Source of the DNA: Thermoplasmatota archaeon
GTDB taxonomy: Archaea > Thermoplasmatota > E2 > JACPAO01 > JAHFTW01
NCBI GenBank assembly: GCA_038046725.1
Contig: JBBSVQ010000001.1
Span: 187,780-251,779, forward strand
Length of the DNA stretch: 64,000 nucleotides
Direction: 5' to 3'
Shown here: positions 1 through 9,706 of the stretch, piece by piece
How positions within the stretch are numbered: the stretch's first letter is position 1
Layout of the letters: the number at the start of each line of letters is the position of its first letter
Notes under the pieces: generated by a model
Told to the model about the DNA's origin: nothing
Databases searched by the model: none
What the model saw: only the letters and a program-made list of their open reading frames with translations
Position numbers and translations under genes: made by a program

Positions 1-92
1 AAATCGTCCTTCACGGTCTCGCTCACTTTGATGCCGGCTCGGTCGAGCTCGTGCTGCAGCGCATCCGGGATGCGGATGCTGATTACGCCCAC
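1..92 (-). CDS. Ribbon-helix-helix (CopG/VapB-type) antitoxin-like protein, runs off the window start
   Basis: Manual translation from GTG at 92: MGVISIRIPDALQHELDRAGIKVSETVKDD..., with the beta-strand/helix pattern of RHH proteins. TATA-like CTTAAG about 25 bp upstream. Not in the ORF track. Confidence 0.6.
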   Translation of the reverse strand, partial: MGVISIRIPDALQHELDRAGIKVSETVKDD

Positions 93-171
93 CAGTATAC
101 ATGGTGTGTTGACGACTTAAGGTTTGCGCCATCGGTTGGCGGGTGTGCCTTGCGCAGGACCTCGAGGCCCG

Positions 172-666
172 TCAGACCGTCTCGACCGGGTCCTGGCGCG
201 AGGCACGAATGATCTCCGCGATGCGTTTGGCCTTCTCCATCTTGGCCTTCTCGTCCGGGCTGTTGGCCACGACGCCGGGCACCAAGGTTGGCTTGTTGTT
301 GCGGTCGAGGGCGACGAACGTCATGTAGCAGCTGGCGGTGTGCCGGATTTCGCCGGTTGTCGGGTTCTCGGCTTCGACGCGGATGCCTACCAGCATGCTG
401 GTCCTGCCGACGTGGCGCACGGTGGCCTTGATGACGAGGATGTCGCCGATGTACACGGGTTCCTTGAAGTCCATGCGTTCGAGGGAGACGGTGACGACCT
501 TGGGGACGCGGGCGTGGCGCCAGGCGGCGACGGCGGCGGCTTCGTCGATGTACTTCAGGATGGCTCCGCCGTGCACGTTGCCGTACACGTTGGCCTCGTC
601 CGGCGTCATGAGCTTCGACATCGTGGTGGCCGATTGGCTCATCGGGACCGGCGGGGGCGCGCCCAT
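172..666 (-). CDS. Acyl-CoA thioesterase (hotdog fold, YciA-like)
   Basis: Motifs NVYGNVHGGAILKYIDEAA, VTVSLERMDFKEPV, VGRTSM and TFVALD. Start chosen at ATG 666. Confidence 0.9.
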   Translation of the reverse strand: MGAPPPVPMSQSATTMSKLMTPDEANVYGNVHGGAILKYIDEAAAVAAWRHARVPKVVTVSLERMDFKEPVYIGDILVIKATVRHVGRTSMLVGIRVEAENPTTGEIRHTASCYMTFVALDRNNKPTLVPGVVANSPDEKAKMEKAKRIAEIIRASRQDPVETV

Positions 667-733
667 GCACGGACGACCGGGCGCCCCGATTTCAGGGTGG
701 TGCTTCGGCCGCACGAAAGGCCTTGAACGCCGG

Positions 734-1153
734 ATGCCATGGCTTGCCGTGGCTGACGTGGTGCAGGAGCTTGCGGCGTCCCCCGAGGTGCGCAGGCACC
801 TGGCCACCCCCAACACGGGCGTCTACATCATGCGCCAGGACGGCGACATCGTCTGGGCCAGTGAATCCATGCAGGCCGTCACGGGCCGGAGCCCCCAGGA
901 CCTCGTCGACCGCAATGCGTGGGAGGTCTTCGTGCCTCGGGAGGACCTGTCGCAGGTGACCGAGTTCAAAGTGCGCTTGACCGACGGTGATGGCGTCCTG
1001 TGGATGCGTGTTCTCGTGCCGAACGGATCGCCCGTGTGGTACCGCGCGACGGTCTGGGTGCGCAGCAACCACATCCTGTGCGCCTTCAAGGTGGAACTCG
1101 ACCAGGCCGAGTGGCGCCCGCACTTCATCGTGCGGCCGCGGCCCAAGGCATAG
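734..1153 (+). CDS. Stand-alone PAS-domain protein
   Basis: GVYIMRQDGDIVWASESMQAVTGRSPQDLVDRNAWEVF...PDGSPVW-like PAS pattern (here PNGSPVWY). Confidence 0.7.
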   Translation: MPWLAVADVVQELAASPEVRRHLATPNTGVYIMRQDGDIVWASESMQAVTGRSPQDLVDRNAWEVFVPREDLSQVTEFKVRLTDGDGVLWMRVLVPNGSPVWYRATVWVRSNHILCAFKVELDQAEWRPHFIVRPRPKA

Positions 1154-1179
1154 AGCCGGCCGAAGCTTAGCGTGCGGCG

Positions 1180-2205
1180 TCAACCCAACGTGAGTTGCTT
1201 CTGCCCCTTCTGCTTCGGCTGCGGCGGCCCAGGGAACCACACGTCGCCGGGTTTGCGCGTGAGGCGCTTGGCGAGCTCGCCGTCCCCGAGCGCCGCCGCG
1301 ATGCGCGGCAGGGAATCGGCGGCGTTGCCCTCGAACGGGTTCGTCGAGATGACGAACGCCTCCTTCCACGGCGCGTGCTGCACGCGCTTGCGCACCTCGA
1401 GGATGTCGCTGAGGCGGTCGGCTTGCGTGATGTAGCGGCCGCGCACGTCGACGAGATTCCCCGTGAAGCGCACATAGCCGAACGACGACGTGGCCCACGG
1501 GGGCGCGAAGGCCTTCGGGTGCGTCCCCCACACCAACGCGGCATCGTGCGTCGTGAGAAGGTCCTGCGTCGCGTCCACGAACCAGGACGGGTTGCGCACC
1601 TCGAGCGCGAACGAGCCCGGCTCCTGCAGCGCAAGCAACTTCTCGATGAGTTCCCAGCCTTTCTCGCGCTTCATCGAGGGCGGGAGCTGGATGAGGACCG
1701 GACCGAGCTTGTCGGCGGCGCGCAGCGGTTCGAGCAGGTCGAGCCAAGTCTTGGCCTCCTCGACGCCGCCGCCTTCGTGCGTGACCTTCTTCCACATCTT
1801 CGGGAGGAACTTGAAGCCGGGCGGGGTCTGCTCGATCCAGGGTTCGAGCAGCTTGGCGCCGGGGAGCCGATGGTACAATTGGTCGGCCTCGGCCACGGAG
1901 AACACGCTGGAGTAACGCGGCAGGTACTCGTCGTGCGGCGTGCCAAGCGGAAAGAGGGCGTTGTCGAAGTGCGAGTTCGACCAAGCGGTGAGGCCGAAGC
2001 GCAGGCGCAGGTCCGTCCGCAGCGGCGGCAACGGGGGCTGGGCCTGCAACGTTGTCGGCGCACCCGCATCGGCGTCCGAGGCGACCTTGGCGTGGGCTCG
2101 TTCGGCGGCTTGGCGCAAAGCGGAAGGGACGGGGCCGGAAGCGGCCGCATCGGGAGAGGCGGGGTTCGCGAGCGGGTCCTTGGGGGCTTTGGCCTTGGGA
2201 CTCAT
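1180..2205 (-). CDS. DUF72 (YecE-like) domain protein
   Basis: GLTAWS, YSSVFSVAEADQLYH, TPPGFKFLPK..VTH, LGPVLIQLPPS, ALEVRNPSW and YVRFTG motifs. Confidence 0.85.
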   Translation of the reverse strand: MSPKAKAPKDPLANPASPDAAASGPVPSALRQAAERAHAKVASDADAGAPTTLQAQPPLPPLRTDLRLRFGLTAWSNSHFDNALFPLGTPHDEYLPRYSSVFSVAEADQLYHRLPGAKLLEPWIEQTPPGFKFLPKMWKKVTHEGGGVEEAKTWLDLLEPLRAADKLGPVLIQLPPSMKREKGWELIEKLLALQEPGSFALEVRNPSWFVDATQDLLTTHDAALVWGTHPKAFAPPWATSSFGYVRFTGNLVDVRGRYITQADRLSDILEVRKRVQHAPWKEAFVISTNPFEGNAADSLPRIAAALGDGELAKRLTRKPGDVWFPGPPQPKQKGQKQLTLG

Positions 2206-2360
2206 CTCCGGGCGCCATCGGGGCCGCGGGTGATAATCTGCGCGCCAGCCGATGCGGGATCCAGCAAAGCGTGGCTGACCGGGCACAAGGACAAGGACAC
2301 AGCGTCCATGTCACACCCCGACCAATGGCTTTATTGGCTTTAGTCGCTAAAGCATCTTGC

Positions 2361-2588
2361 ATGCCGGTCGTGGACGAGGTCAAGATGGTCCAGGTGCACG
2401 CGTCCACCCACGAACGCCTCACAGCCCTGCGCCTTCCCGGGCTCACTTACGAGGACGTGATCAACTTCGCCTTGGACCACCTGTCCGAGGACGAGATCGC
2501 CAAGCACTACGCAGCCTGGCAGAAGGAAGCCATGGCGAAACTCTCCAAGGTTTCACGTCCCCTGCGCAAGGGCGACAGAATTCATTGA
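2361..2588 (+). CDS. Small antitoxin-like/RHH-type DNA-binding protein
   Basis: VQVHASTHERLTALRLPGLTYEDVI resembles archaeal 'T.ERL..LK..G.TYDDVI' small regulators. TTTATT box upstream. Confidence 0.55.
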   Translation: MPVVDEVKMVQVHASTHERLTALRLPGLTYEDVINFALDHLSEDEIAKHYAAWQKEAMAKLSKVSRPLRKGDRIH

Positions 2589-2687
2589 TGGATTCAAGGG
2601 ATTCCTGGACCGACAGCGATAGAGTTGGTTGTTGGCGCTAGTCGCCGTCGCCGACAGCGGTATAGCTGCACGACCCGGTTCCGCCGC

Positions 2688-3281
2688 ATGGCCGCGCCCG
2701 CGAAGCCGACCCGCAAACCAACGCTCACCTCGTTCCTGTGGTTCGCGGACAACCTCGAGGATGCAGCCAAGTTCTACACCAAGGTGTTCCCCGGCTCGAA
2801 GACCGGCAACGTGGCGCGCTACGGAGACGCGGGCCCCGGCACCAAGGGCACCGTCATGTCGATGGACTTCGAGATCGCGGGCCACCGCTTCGCCGGCGTC
2901 AATGGCGGTCCTATCTTCCAGTTCAACGAATCCGTCTCCTTCGTCATCGACTGCAAGGACCAGGCGGAAGTGGACTACTATTGGAACGCCCTCGCAGGCA
3001 ACGGCGGCACGGAGTCGCAGTGCGGCTGGCTGAAGGACAAGTTCGGCCTGTCGTGGCAAGTCGTGCCCGTGGAATTGACGGCGGCGCTCACGGACAAGGA
3101 CCCGAAGCGCGCGACACGGGCGATGCAGGCCATGCTCACCATGCGCAAGATCGACGTCAAGGCCATCCAGGACGCCGCCGACGGCAAGAAGCCGGCCCTG
3201 GTCGCGGCAGGTGCACGGGAGTCGAAGCGTGTGCGGGCCGACACCGAGGCGGCCACGGTCCAGTCGCGCAAGAAGCGCTGA
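2688..3281 (+). CDS. VOC/PhnB-family protein (3-demethylubiquinone-9 3-methyltransferase-like)
   Basis: FLWF...AAKFY, NGGPIFQFNESVSF, ESQCGWLKDKFGLSWQVVP. Confidence 0.9.
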   Translation: MAAPAKPTRKPTLTSFLWFADNLEDAAKFYTKVFPGSKTGNVARYGDAGPGTKGTVMSMDFEIAGHRFAGVNGGPIFQFNESVSFVIDCKDQAEVDYYWNALAGNGGTESQCGWLKDKFGLSWQVVPVELTAALTDKDPKRATRAMQAMLTMRKIDVKAIQDAADGKKPALVAAGARESKRVRADTEAATVQSRKKR

Positions 3282-3305
3282 ACGGGTTTGCCCTGGCGCA
3301 ACGTT

Positions 3306-3389
3306 TGGGCAAACACAGATGACACAGACAAATTGGGGCTTTCCGGGTCACCGCCCGTGCAGCTTCTTGCGAGAATCTGTGTTTGCCCA
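3306..3389. repeat. REP-like intergenic inverted repeat with perfect 15-bp arms
   Basis: TGGGCAAACACAGAT (3306-3320) pairs with ATCTGTGTTTGCCCA (3375-3389). An extra ACACAGA unit follows the left arm. Confidence 0.75.
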
Positions 3390-3462
3390 TCCTGGACGCG
3401 GGACCATGCTCCTGGCAAGGCTGTCCACAGGGTTGATATCTGGCCTCAGGTGAGCGCGACCC

Positions 3463-4737
3463 GTGCCAAAGGCCTGGGCCCCGACCCCCCCGAAGGACGG
3501 CCAACCGATCGTGATGAAGGACGGCCACCTCGTCGTGCCGAACCACCCCATCATCCCCTTCATCGAGGGCGACGGCACGGGCCCGGACATTTGGCGTGCC
3601 GCCAAGCGCGTCCTCGACGCCGCCGTCGAGAAGGCGTACAAGGGCAAACGCAAGATTTCCTGGATGGAAGTCTTGGCTGGCCAGAAGTCCTTCACCCAGG
3701 TCGGCAACTGGCTGCCCGACGCCACCGTCGAGGCGTGCACGAAGTACCTTGTCTCCATCAAGGGGCCCCTCGAGACCCCCGTCGGCGGCGGCATCCGTTC
3801 CCTCAACGTCGCCCTGCGCCAGCAGATGGACCTCTACACCTGCCTGCGCCCCGTCAAGTGGTACAAGGGCGTCCCTTCGCCCGTCAAGGACCCGGGCAAG
3901 GTGGACATGGTCATCTTCCGCGAGAACACGGAGGACATCTACGCCGGCATCGAGTTCAAGGCCGGCACGGATGAGGCGAAGAAACTCCTGAAGTTCCTGC
4001 AGACGGAACTCGGCGTCAAGAAGGTCCGCTTCCCCGAGACGAGTTCCTTCGGCATCAAGCCCGTCAGCGAAGAGGGCACCAAGCGCCTCGTGCGCGCCGC
4101 CATCCAGTTCGCCATCGAGCACAACCGCAAGTCGGTCACCCTCGTGCACAAGGGCAACATCATGAAGTTCACCGAAGGCGGCTTCCGCGACTGGGGCTAC
4201 GAGGTCGCCACGCGTGAGTTCGGCGGCAAGGTCATCGGCGACGGCCCCTGGGTCGAGTTGCCCAACGGCCTGGTCGTGAAGGACGCCATCGCGGACGCCA
4301 TGTTGCAGCAGATTCTGTTGCGCCCGGCCGAGTACGACGTCATCGCGACGCTCAACCTCAACGGCGACTACATCTCGGACGCCCTCGCGGCCCAAGTCGG
4401 CGGCATCGGCATCGCCCCCGGCGGGAACATCAACTACCTGACCGGCCACGCCGTCTTCGAGGCCACGCACGGAACCGCGCCCAAGTACGCCAACCAGGAC
4501 AAAGTCAACCCGGGCTCCGTCATCCTGTCCGGCGTCATGATGCTCGAGTACATGGGCTGGCAGGAGGCCGCAGACCTCATCGAGGCCGCCCTCGAGAAGA
4601 CCATCGCCCAGAAACGCGTCACGTACGACTTCGAGCGCCTGATGACTGGCGCCACGCTGCTGAAGTGCAGCGAATTCGGCGACGCCATCATCGGCAACAT
4701 GGCCAGCTCGCACCAGACCGTCAAGGCGGCCGCCTAG
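3463..4737 (+). CDS. icd: NADP-dependent isocitrate dehydrogenase
   Basis: [57 protein letters not shown]. Confidence 0.97.
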   Translation: MPKAWAPTPPKDGQPIVMKDGHLVVPNHPIIPFIEGDGTGPDIWRAAKRVLDAAVEKAYKGKRKISWMEVLAGQKSFTQVGNWLPDATVEACTKYLVSIKGPLETPVGGGIRSLNVALRQQMDLYTCLRPVKWYKGVPSPVKDPGKVDMVIFRENTEDIYAGIEFKAGTDEAKKLLKFLQTELGVKKVRFPETSSFGIKPVSEEGTKRLVRAAIQFAIEHNRKSVTLVHKGNIMKFTEGGFRDWGYEVATREFGGKVIGDGPWVELPNGLVVKDAIADAMLQQILLRPAEYDVIATLNLNGDYISDALAAQVGGIGIAPGGNINYLTGHAVFEATHGTAPKYANQDKVNPGSVILSGVMMLEYMGWQEAADLIEAALEKTIAQKRVTYDFERLMTGATLLKCSEFGDAIIGNMASSHQTVKAAA

Positions 4738-4804
4738 GTCTACGCTTCGACCATCCGTCCATTTGACGCCAAACCTCAAATCCTGTCGGAGCAGCGTGCA
4801 GGTG

Positions 4805-5377
4805 ATGCGCGCCGCCGTGGTGTGTTTGGTCGCTTTGCTTCTTGCCGGGTGCGCCCAGGACGAACCGCCCCAGCAAGAGGCGGCCGGGAACGACCCGTCG
4901 CCGTCGTCACCCAGCGACGACCTGCCGCGCACCAGCAGCGACACGGAGGCCAACGCGACGGCGCTCTCGAACTTCACGTTCGACCAGACCTTCCCGCTGC
5001 GCGTGATCACCGGCGCAACGGGCACCACAGGAGTGGGTGACAACGGCGGCAACTGCGTGATCTTCCCCACCGGCATCATCATCGGGCAAGGAAAGGCGAC
5101 GCTGTCCTGGCCGATGCAGGTGCCAACGGACCTCACCGTCGACATCCGCGTCGAGGGCGGCGGCTCGCCCCTCAGCACGACGGGTGCCAGCCCGGTCACC
5201 CTTGCCTTCGACTCGCTGCCGGAGGCAGGCTCCCATCCCTTCGACTGGGGCACCTTCTTCATGGTGCATGCCGGCACGGTCCCGGTCGCCGTCGCCGACG
5301 TCGAGCTGCACATCACGTTCGCCTACCAGGCGGAATCGCCCCTCGAGGTCCAGGCGGACAGCGCGGCCTGCGGCTGA
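4805..5377 (+). CDS. Hypothetical lipoprotein
   Basis: Signal peptide with LLLAGC lipobox and GC3-rich codon usage. Confidence 0.7.
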   Translation: MRAAVVCLVALLLAGCAQDEPPQQEAAGNDPSPSSPSDDLPRTSSDTEANATALSNFTFDQTFPLRVITGATGTTGVGDNGGNCVIFPTGIIIGQGKATLSWPMQVPTDLTVDIRVEGGGSPLSTTGASPVTLAFDSLPEAGSHPFDWGTFFMVHAGTVPVAVADVELHITFAYQAESPLEVQADSAACG

Positions 5378-5579
5378 CCGGCTAAGCGGCCGCGATGGCT
5401 CGCATCCCAGGCGCGTCGAGGTCGATCCAGTCGCGTTCCACGTCGGGCTTCGGCCGGGCTGGCCGTTCGCTGGCATCCATCCGCGGCGCGACCGGGCGGG
5501 GGGTTGATGAAGTTGGCCACAAGAGGGTGCTTGGTTTCGTGTGGACGCCCCGCAACCGTGATGACCTCGACGCCCGCTC

Positions 5580-5903
5580 GTGCGCCCGTTGCCCACCGCG
5601 CGCGAGTTCCTGGCAAAGCACCGGCGCAACAACGCGCTCTTCGACATCTGGAGCCTCGTCCACCTCGTCACAGGCGTCGGCGCCGGCTGGCTCATGGATC
5701 CCTTCGTGGGCCTGCTCATCCTCGTGTTGTGGGAACCCCTGGAAATCCTCGTCTTGTCCCCGTTCCTTGCGCGCTTCGGCATCCTGTTCGGCCACGAGTC
5801 CCTGAAGAATTCCTTGTCCGACATCGCGTTCGACAGCCTTGGGGTCGCATTGGGGTACTGGGGCCTCAGGGCCCTTGCCACGCCGCCGTTCACGTTGATC
5901 TAG
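5580..5903 (+). CDS. Small membrane protein (DxWSxxH...WE motif, DUF2585-like)
   Basis: FDIWSLVHLVTG...LWEPLE...ESLKNSLSDI plus hydrophobic helices. Confidence 0.65.
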   Translation: MRPLPTAREFLAKHRRNNALFDIWSLVHLVTGVGAGWLMDPFVGLLILVLWEPLEILVLSPFLARFGILFGHESLKNSLSDIAFDSLGVALGYWGLRALATPPFTLI

Positions 5904-5942
5904 CGCCGCAAGGCCCTTGACCGGGACCCTTGGTCGTGTGGC

Positions 5943-7211
5943 GTGCGCTTCGCTCCCATCGCCCTCGTGGTCCTCCTGGTCGCCGGCTGCCTCGAAGGCT
6001 CCGACGACGGCGACTCGGGCGCCGGGCCCGACTCCGACCAAGCCACCGACACCGTGCGCTTCCGTGAGCCAATCGACTTGAAATCCAAGGCCCGCCCCGG
6101 TGCGGCTGGCACGAACTGCCAGGATTCCGTCGTGGATGGCGACTGCGGACTCGGCGAACCCACGATGGAGGTGGACAGCCGGGGAACCATCTACATCTCC
6201 GGCGTGTGCTGCATCACGGTCGCGCCGCCGGTGTACGTCAGCCGCGACGGCGGCGCCACGTTCCAGGACTTGCCGACGCCCGCGGGCGTGCGTGAGGCCT
6301 TCGGCATCGAGGGCGACTTCGCCATCGACGACGTCGGCCGCGTGTACTTCGCCGACATCGAGTTCGCGGCCACTTTCCAGGTGAGCGTGTGGGACGCGGA
6401 CGGCACCTTCGTGCGCCACACCAAGTGGCCGGCGCCGCCGCTCGTGGACCGGGACTGGATCCGCGCCGAAGGCGACGGAACGGTGTACTACGTCTACAAC
6501 ACGGGCACGGCGACGAACGTGTACAAGTCGATGGATGCGGCCGAGACCTGGACTCCGACGGCCGTGTTCCAGGCGCCGTTCGGGCTTGGCAACGCGGCGT
6601 CGGGTTTGGCGGATGGCGAGTTGTGGATCCTCGGCGGCTCGAATTCAGGCAACGTGCTCGGCGAAGTCACGCGCGACGCCGGCCTGACGTGGAGCGAGGA
6701 GACCACGACGATTCCGTCCGGCGGCGGCTTCCCGGCCGGGGCCTTCGACGAAGGTGGCCGCCTGTACGGCGTCAGCGCCAGCGACGACACCATCACCGTG
6801 GCCGTGCGTTCGACGACTGGCGAGTGGGCCACCCCCGCAATCGTCTCCGGAGTCGGCCACCACCGCATGCCGTGGATCGCGGCGGGCGCCGATGGCGGCG
6901 TCGTGGCGTCGTGGTACGGCACGAACAGCACCGAGATTGGGCCCGGCAGCGAATGGTTCCTGCACGTCGCGCTCAGCCTCGATGCCGGCGTAACGTGGAC
7001 GACGCGCATCGCCGACCCCATTCCTGTCCTGACCGGCGACCTGCAACGGCAACTCCTCGACTTCTTCCAGGTCGAAGTCGGCCCGGACGGCGCCATCCAC
7101 GTCGCGTACAGCTCATTGCCCGTGGGGGAGTCGAACGAGGAGCAACTGCACTACGTGCGCAGCGAACCCATCCCGGCACTCGCGCCGATGAAGTACTTCA
7201 ACGGGCCGTAG
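5943..7211 (+). CDS. Secreted BNR/Asp-box (sialidase-like beta-propeller) lipoprotein
   Basis: VAGC lipobox, repeated Asp-boxes (SRDGGATF, SMDAAETW, TRDAGLTW, SLDAGVTW) and DRDW motif. Confidence 0.8.
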   Translation: MRFAPIALVVLLVAGCLEGSDDGDSGAGPDSDQATDTVRFREPIDLKSKARPGAAGTNCQDSVVDGDCGLGEPTMEVDSRGTIYISGVCCITVAPPVYVSRDGGATFQDLPTPAGVREAFGIEGDFAIDDVGRVYFADIEFAATFQVSVWDADGTFVRHTKWPAPPLVDRDWIRAEGDGTVYYVYNTGTATNVYKSMDAAETWTPTAVFQAPFGLGNAASGLADGELWILGGSNSGNVLGEVTRDAGLTWSEETTTIPSGGGFPAGAFDEGGRLYGVSASDDTITVAVRSTTGEWATPAIVSGVGHHRMPWIAAGADGGVVASWYGTNSTEIGPGSEWFLHVALSLDAGVTWTTRIADPIPVLTGDLQRQLLDFFQVEVGPDGAIHVAYSSLPVGESNEEQLHYVRSEPIPALAPMKYFNGP

Positions 7212-7223
7212 GACAGGGCTTCC

Positions 7224-8618
7224 CTATTTCCCCACACCCTCGTGACCCGCGAAGCGCACGACTTTCGTGGCCGGCGTGGGGAGGTCCGCCTGGTGGTACG
7301 CCTTCTCGCCGTGTTCGTACAAGTCGAGGCCAACCTGCTCCGCCTCGGCGGGGACGCGCAGCCCAATGAGTTTGTCCGTCAACCACAGCAAGCCGAGCGT
7401 CAGGACGAACGCGTATGCGGCCACGAGAGCCACGGCGATTGATTGGTCGGCAAGCAGGTCGAGGCCGCCCGCCGTGTAGCCGAGTCCGCCGTTGTCCGTG
7501 GCGAAGAGGCCGGTGCGCGCGAGGCCGTTGACGAAGGGGGTGGCGAGCAGCCCGGTGGCGATGGAGCCGAGCGCCCCGCCGACGCCGTGCACGCCGAAGG
7601 CGTCCAGCGAATCATCCAGTTTGAGGACGTTCTTCGTCAGGGCGACGGCGCCGTAGCAGACCGGGCCTGCGGCCAAGCCGATGAGAAGCGCGCCCATCGG
7701 CGTGACGAAGCCGGAGGCGGGCGTGATGGCGACGAGGCCCGCGACGAGGCCCGTGGCCGCGCCGAGGGCGCTGGGTTTGCCTTTGGCCATCCATTCGGCG
7801 CCGCACCAGGAGAGGCACGCGGCGGCGGCGCCCAGGTGCGTTGCGGCGAAGGCCGATGCCGCAAGCCCGCCGGCTGCGAGGGCGCTGCCGGCGTTGAAGC
7901 CGAACCAGCCGAACCAGAGCAGGCCCGCGCCCAGCATCGTGAAGGGAATGTTGTTGGGTGGCATCTGCACGGTGCCGAAGCCGCGGCGGCGCCCGACGTA
8001 CAGGGCGCAGGCGAGGGCAGCGACGCCGGCTGTGAGGTGCACGACGGTGCCGCCAGCGAAGTCGAGGGCGCCCATTTGGGCGAGAAGGCCGCCGCCCCAG
8101 ACGCTGTGCGCGACGGGGTCGTAGACGAGCGTGGCCCAGAGGACGGAGAAGAGCAGGACGGCCTTGAAGCTGAAGCGCTCGACAAAGGCGCCGACGATGA
8201 GGGCGGGCGTGATGGCGGCGAACATCATTTGGAACAGCACGAAGGCCAGGTGCGGAACCGTGGGCGCAAGAGGGGCTGCGTCACCGGAGCCGATGCCGTC
8301 GAGGAACGCGAAGTCGAGGTTGCCGATGATGCCGCCGACGTCAGGGCCGAAGGCGAGGGTGTAGCCCACGACGGCGAACTGCACGGACACGACGGCGAGG
8401 ATGAGGAAGCACTGCAGCAGCGTCGAGAGGATGTTCTTGTGGCGCACCATGCCGCCGTAGAACAGGGCGAGGCCGGGAACCATCAGCATGACGAGGGCTG
8501 CGCTCACCAGCACCCACGCCGTGTCGCCCGCAGAGATCGACGACTCGGCCGCCTGCGCACTTGCGGTCGGGAGGGCCAGGAGGAGCATCAGGAGGAGAAC
8601 GGTTCGGCCGACGTGCAT
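7224..8618 (-). CDS. amtB: Ammonium transporter
   Basis: DTAW, PGLALFYGG, DFAGGTVVH, LWFGWFGFNAGS, DDSLDAFGVHGVGG. Confidence 0.96.
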   Translation of the reverse strand: MHVGRTVLLLMLLLALPTASAQAAESSISAGDTAWVLVSAALVMLMVPGLALFYGGMVRHKNILSTLLQCFLILAVVSVQFAVVGYTLAFGPDVGGIIGNLDFAFLDGIGSGDAAPLAPTVPHLAFVLFQMMFAAITPALIVGAFVERFSFKAVLLFSVLWATLVYDPVAHSVWGGGLLAQMGALDFAGGTVVHLTAGVAALACALYVGRRRGFGTVQMPPNNIPFTMLGAGLLWFGWFGFNAGSALAAGGLAASAFAATHLGAAAACLSWCGAEWMAKGKPSALGAATGLVAGLVAITPASGFVTPMGALLIGLAAGPVCYGAVALTKNVLKLDDSLDAFGVHGVGGALGSIATGLLATPFVNGLARTGLFATDNGGLGYTAGGLDLLADQSIAVALVAAYAFVLTLGLLWLTDKLIGLRVPAEAEQVGLDLYEHGEKAYHQADLPTPATKVVRFAGHEGVGK

Positions 8619-8798
8619 CCTGCCAAGGAAAATCGGGACCCGCTTGATAATGGAATCGCTGGCAAAGTGAGACGAATCATGCCTTCTTTGGCTTGATTTG
8701 AGCTGAACGAGTCGAAATCGTTGGACTTGCGCTACCTACTAGGTCAAGGCAGCCTGCCGAAGTCCTGCGTTGCACGCGTGCGGCCATTGGCCCCACCA

Positions 8799-8852
8799 GC
8801 CACGGATTGACACGGAACGTAGGATCCGTGGTCATCCGTGCCAATCCGTGGC
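8799..8852. repeat. REP-like intergenic inverted repeat built of 10-bp-periodic CACGGAT/ATCCGTG units
   Basis: GCCACGGATTGACACGGA (8799-8816) pairs with TCCGTGCCAATCCGTGGC (8835-8852) at 17/18. ATCCGTG occurs at 8824, 8834 and 8844. Confidence 0.75.
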
Positions 8853-8865
8853 CCGTCGGGGCGGA

Positions 8866-9105
8866 CTACTCGCGGACTTCCAGCTCTTCCTCGCGGAACG
8901 CGGCGTCCGCCGTGTCGGGACGCAGGACGGTGAGGGGAACGGGCGCCAGGGCCACGAGGATGCCGAGGACCAGCAGGAGCAATCCCAGCAGGGGCTTGCC
9001 GTGGTCCACGATGACGATGGAGCCCGCGGCGAACGTGAAGATGCCCGCGATCTTGGTGAAAAGCGTGACCAGCTTGTAGTCGCGCTCCGACAGGACCAGG
9101 GCCAT
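8866..9105 (-). CDS. Small two-helix membrane protein
   Basis: 79 aa with two hydrophobic segments and GC3-rich codons. Confidence 0.6.
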   Translation of the reverse strand: MALVLSERDYKLVTLFTKIAGIFTFAAGSIVIVDHGKPLLGLLLLVLGILVALAPVPLTVLRPDTADAAFREEELEVRE

Positions 9106-9126
9106 GGCGGCGCCGACGAAGGGGGG

Positions 9127-9630
9127 CTACTTGTCGGTTGTGGGCCGGGCCACGAGACGGGCGCCTCCCAGCAGGAGGGCAGCGGTCAGCGCGACCCACC
9201 AGCCAAGGCCCGGCATCGCGGTCTCGGTGACAGGCTCGCCGGCGGTGATGTTGCCTTCGTAGGTGCGGCCGCCCCAGAACGACGGGACGTCGGCTGGCCA
9301 CAGCATGCATGACGCGAGGGCCAAGGCAAGCAGGACCACAGCGACGCCGAGGTCGCGGCGCCAAGTCGTCGGCTCATGCCTGTCACTGCGGGCGGCGATG
9401 CGCACGAAGAGCAAGACGAGCGTGACGGCCACGACGGCGCCAGTCAGCCAGGGGCCCCACGCCGTCGTCAGGGGCTCCTCGGGCCGGAACAACCGCACGT
9501 CATCGCGCAGGGCGGAAGCGCCTGAGGACCAAGTCACACGCCACCAGGCAAGCAGGAGCGACGTCGCCGCGAGAAGGAAGGCCGCGATGGCGAGGCGGCG
9601 CGATGCAAGCAGGCGGGAGTCGTCGTCCAC
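9127..9630 (-). CDS. Hypothetical membrane protein (about 4 TM)
   Basis: Hydrophobic segments and a PGLGWW motif near the C-terminus. Confidence 0.6.
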   Translation of the reverse strand: MDDDSRLLASRRLAIAAFLLAATSLLLAWWRVTWSSGASALRDDVRLFRPEEPLTTAWGPWLTGAVVAVTLVLLFVRIAARSDRHEPTTWRRDLGVAVVLLALALASCMLWPADVPSFWGGRTYEGNITAGEPVTETAMPGLGWWVALTAALLLGGARLVARPTTDK

Positions 9631-9706
9631 GCCGGCTCCAGGTGGCGCTGCGGCATGAGCCTAGTGGGTCCAGCCCCGCTATGAACCCCTGCGGCAGTGG
9701 CCCGTC

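Noticed and set aside
1180..1205. DUF72 C-terminal QKQLTLG as a sliding-clamp binding motif
   Set aside because: It lacks the aromatic residues of a PIP box and is too short to support.
692..5316. Long alternative-frame ORFs (e.g. 692-2446, 3157-5316, and many others across the window)
   Set aside because: They are shadow ORFs of GC-rich genes, with R/P/G/A-biased composition and no motifs, and they overlap well-supported genes.
8619..8745. NrpR operator upstream of amt
   Set aside because: No GGAA-N6-TTCC match was found by eye.
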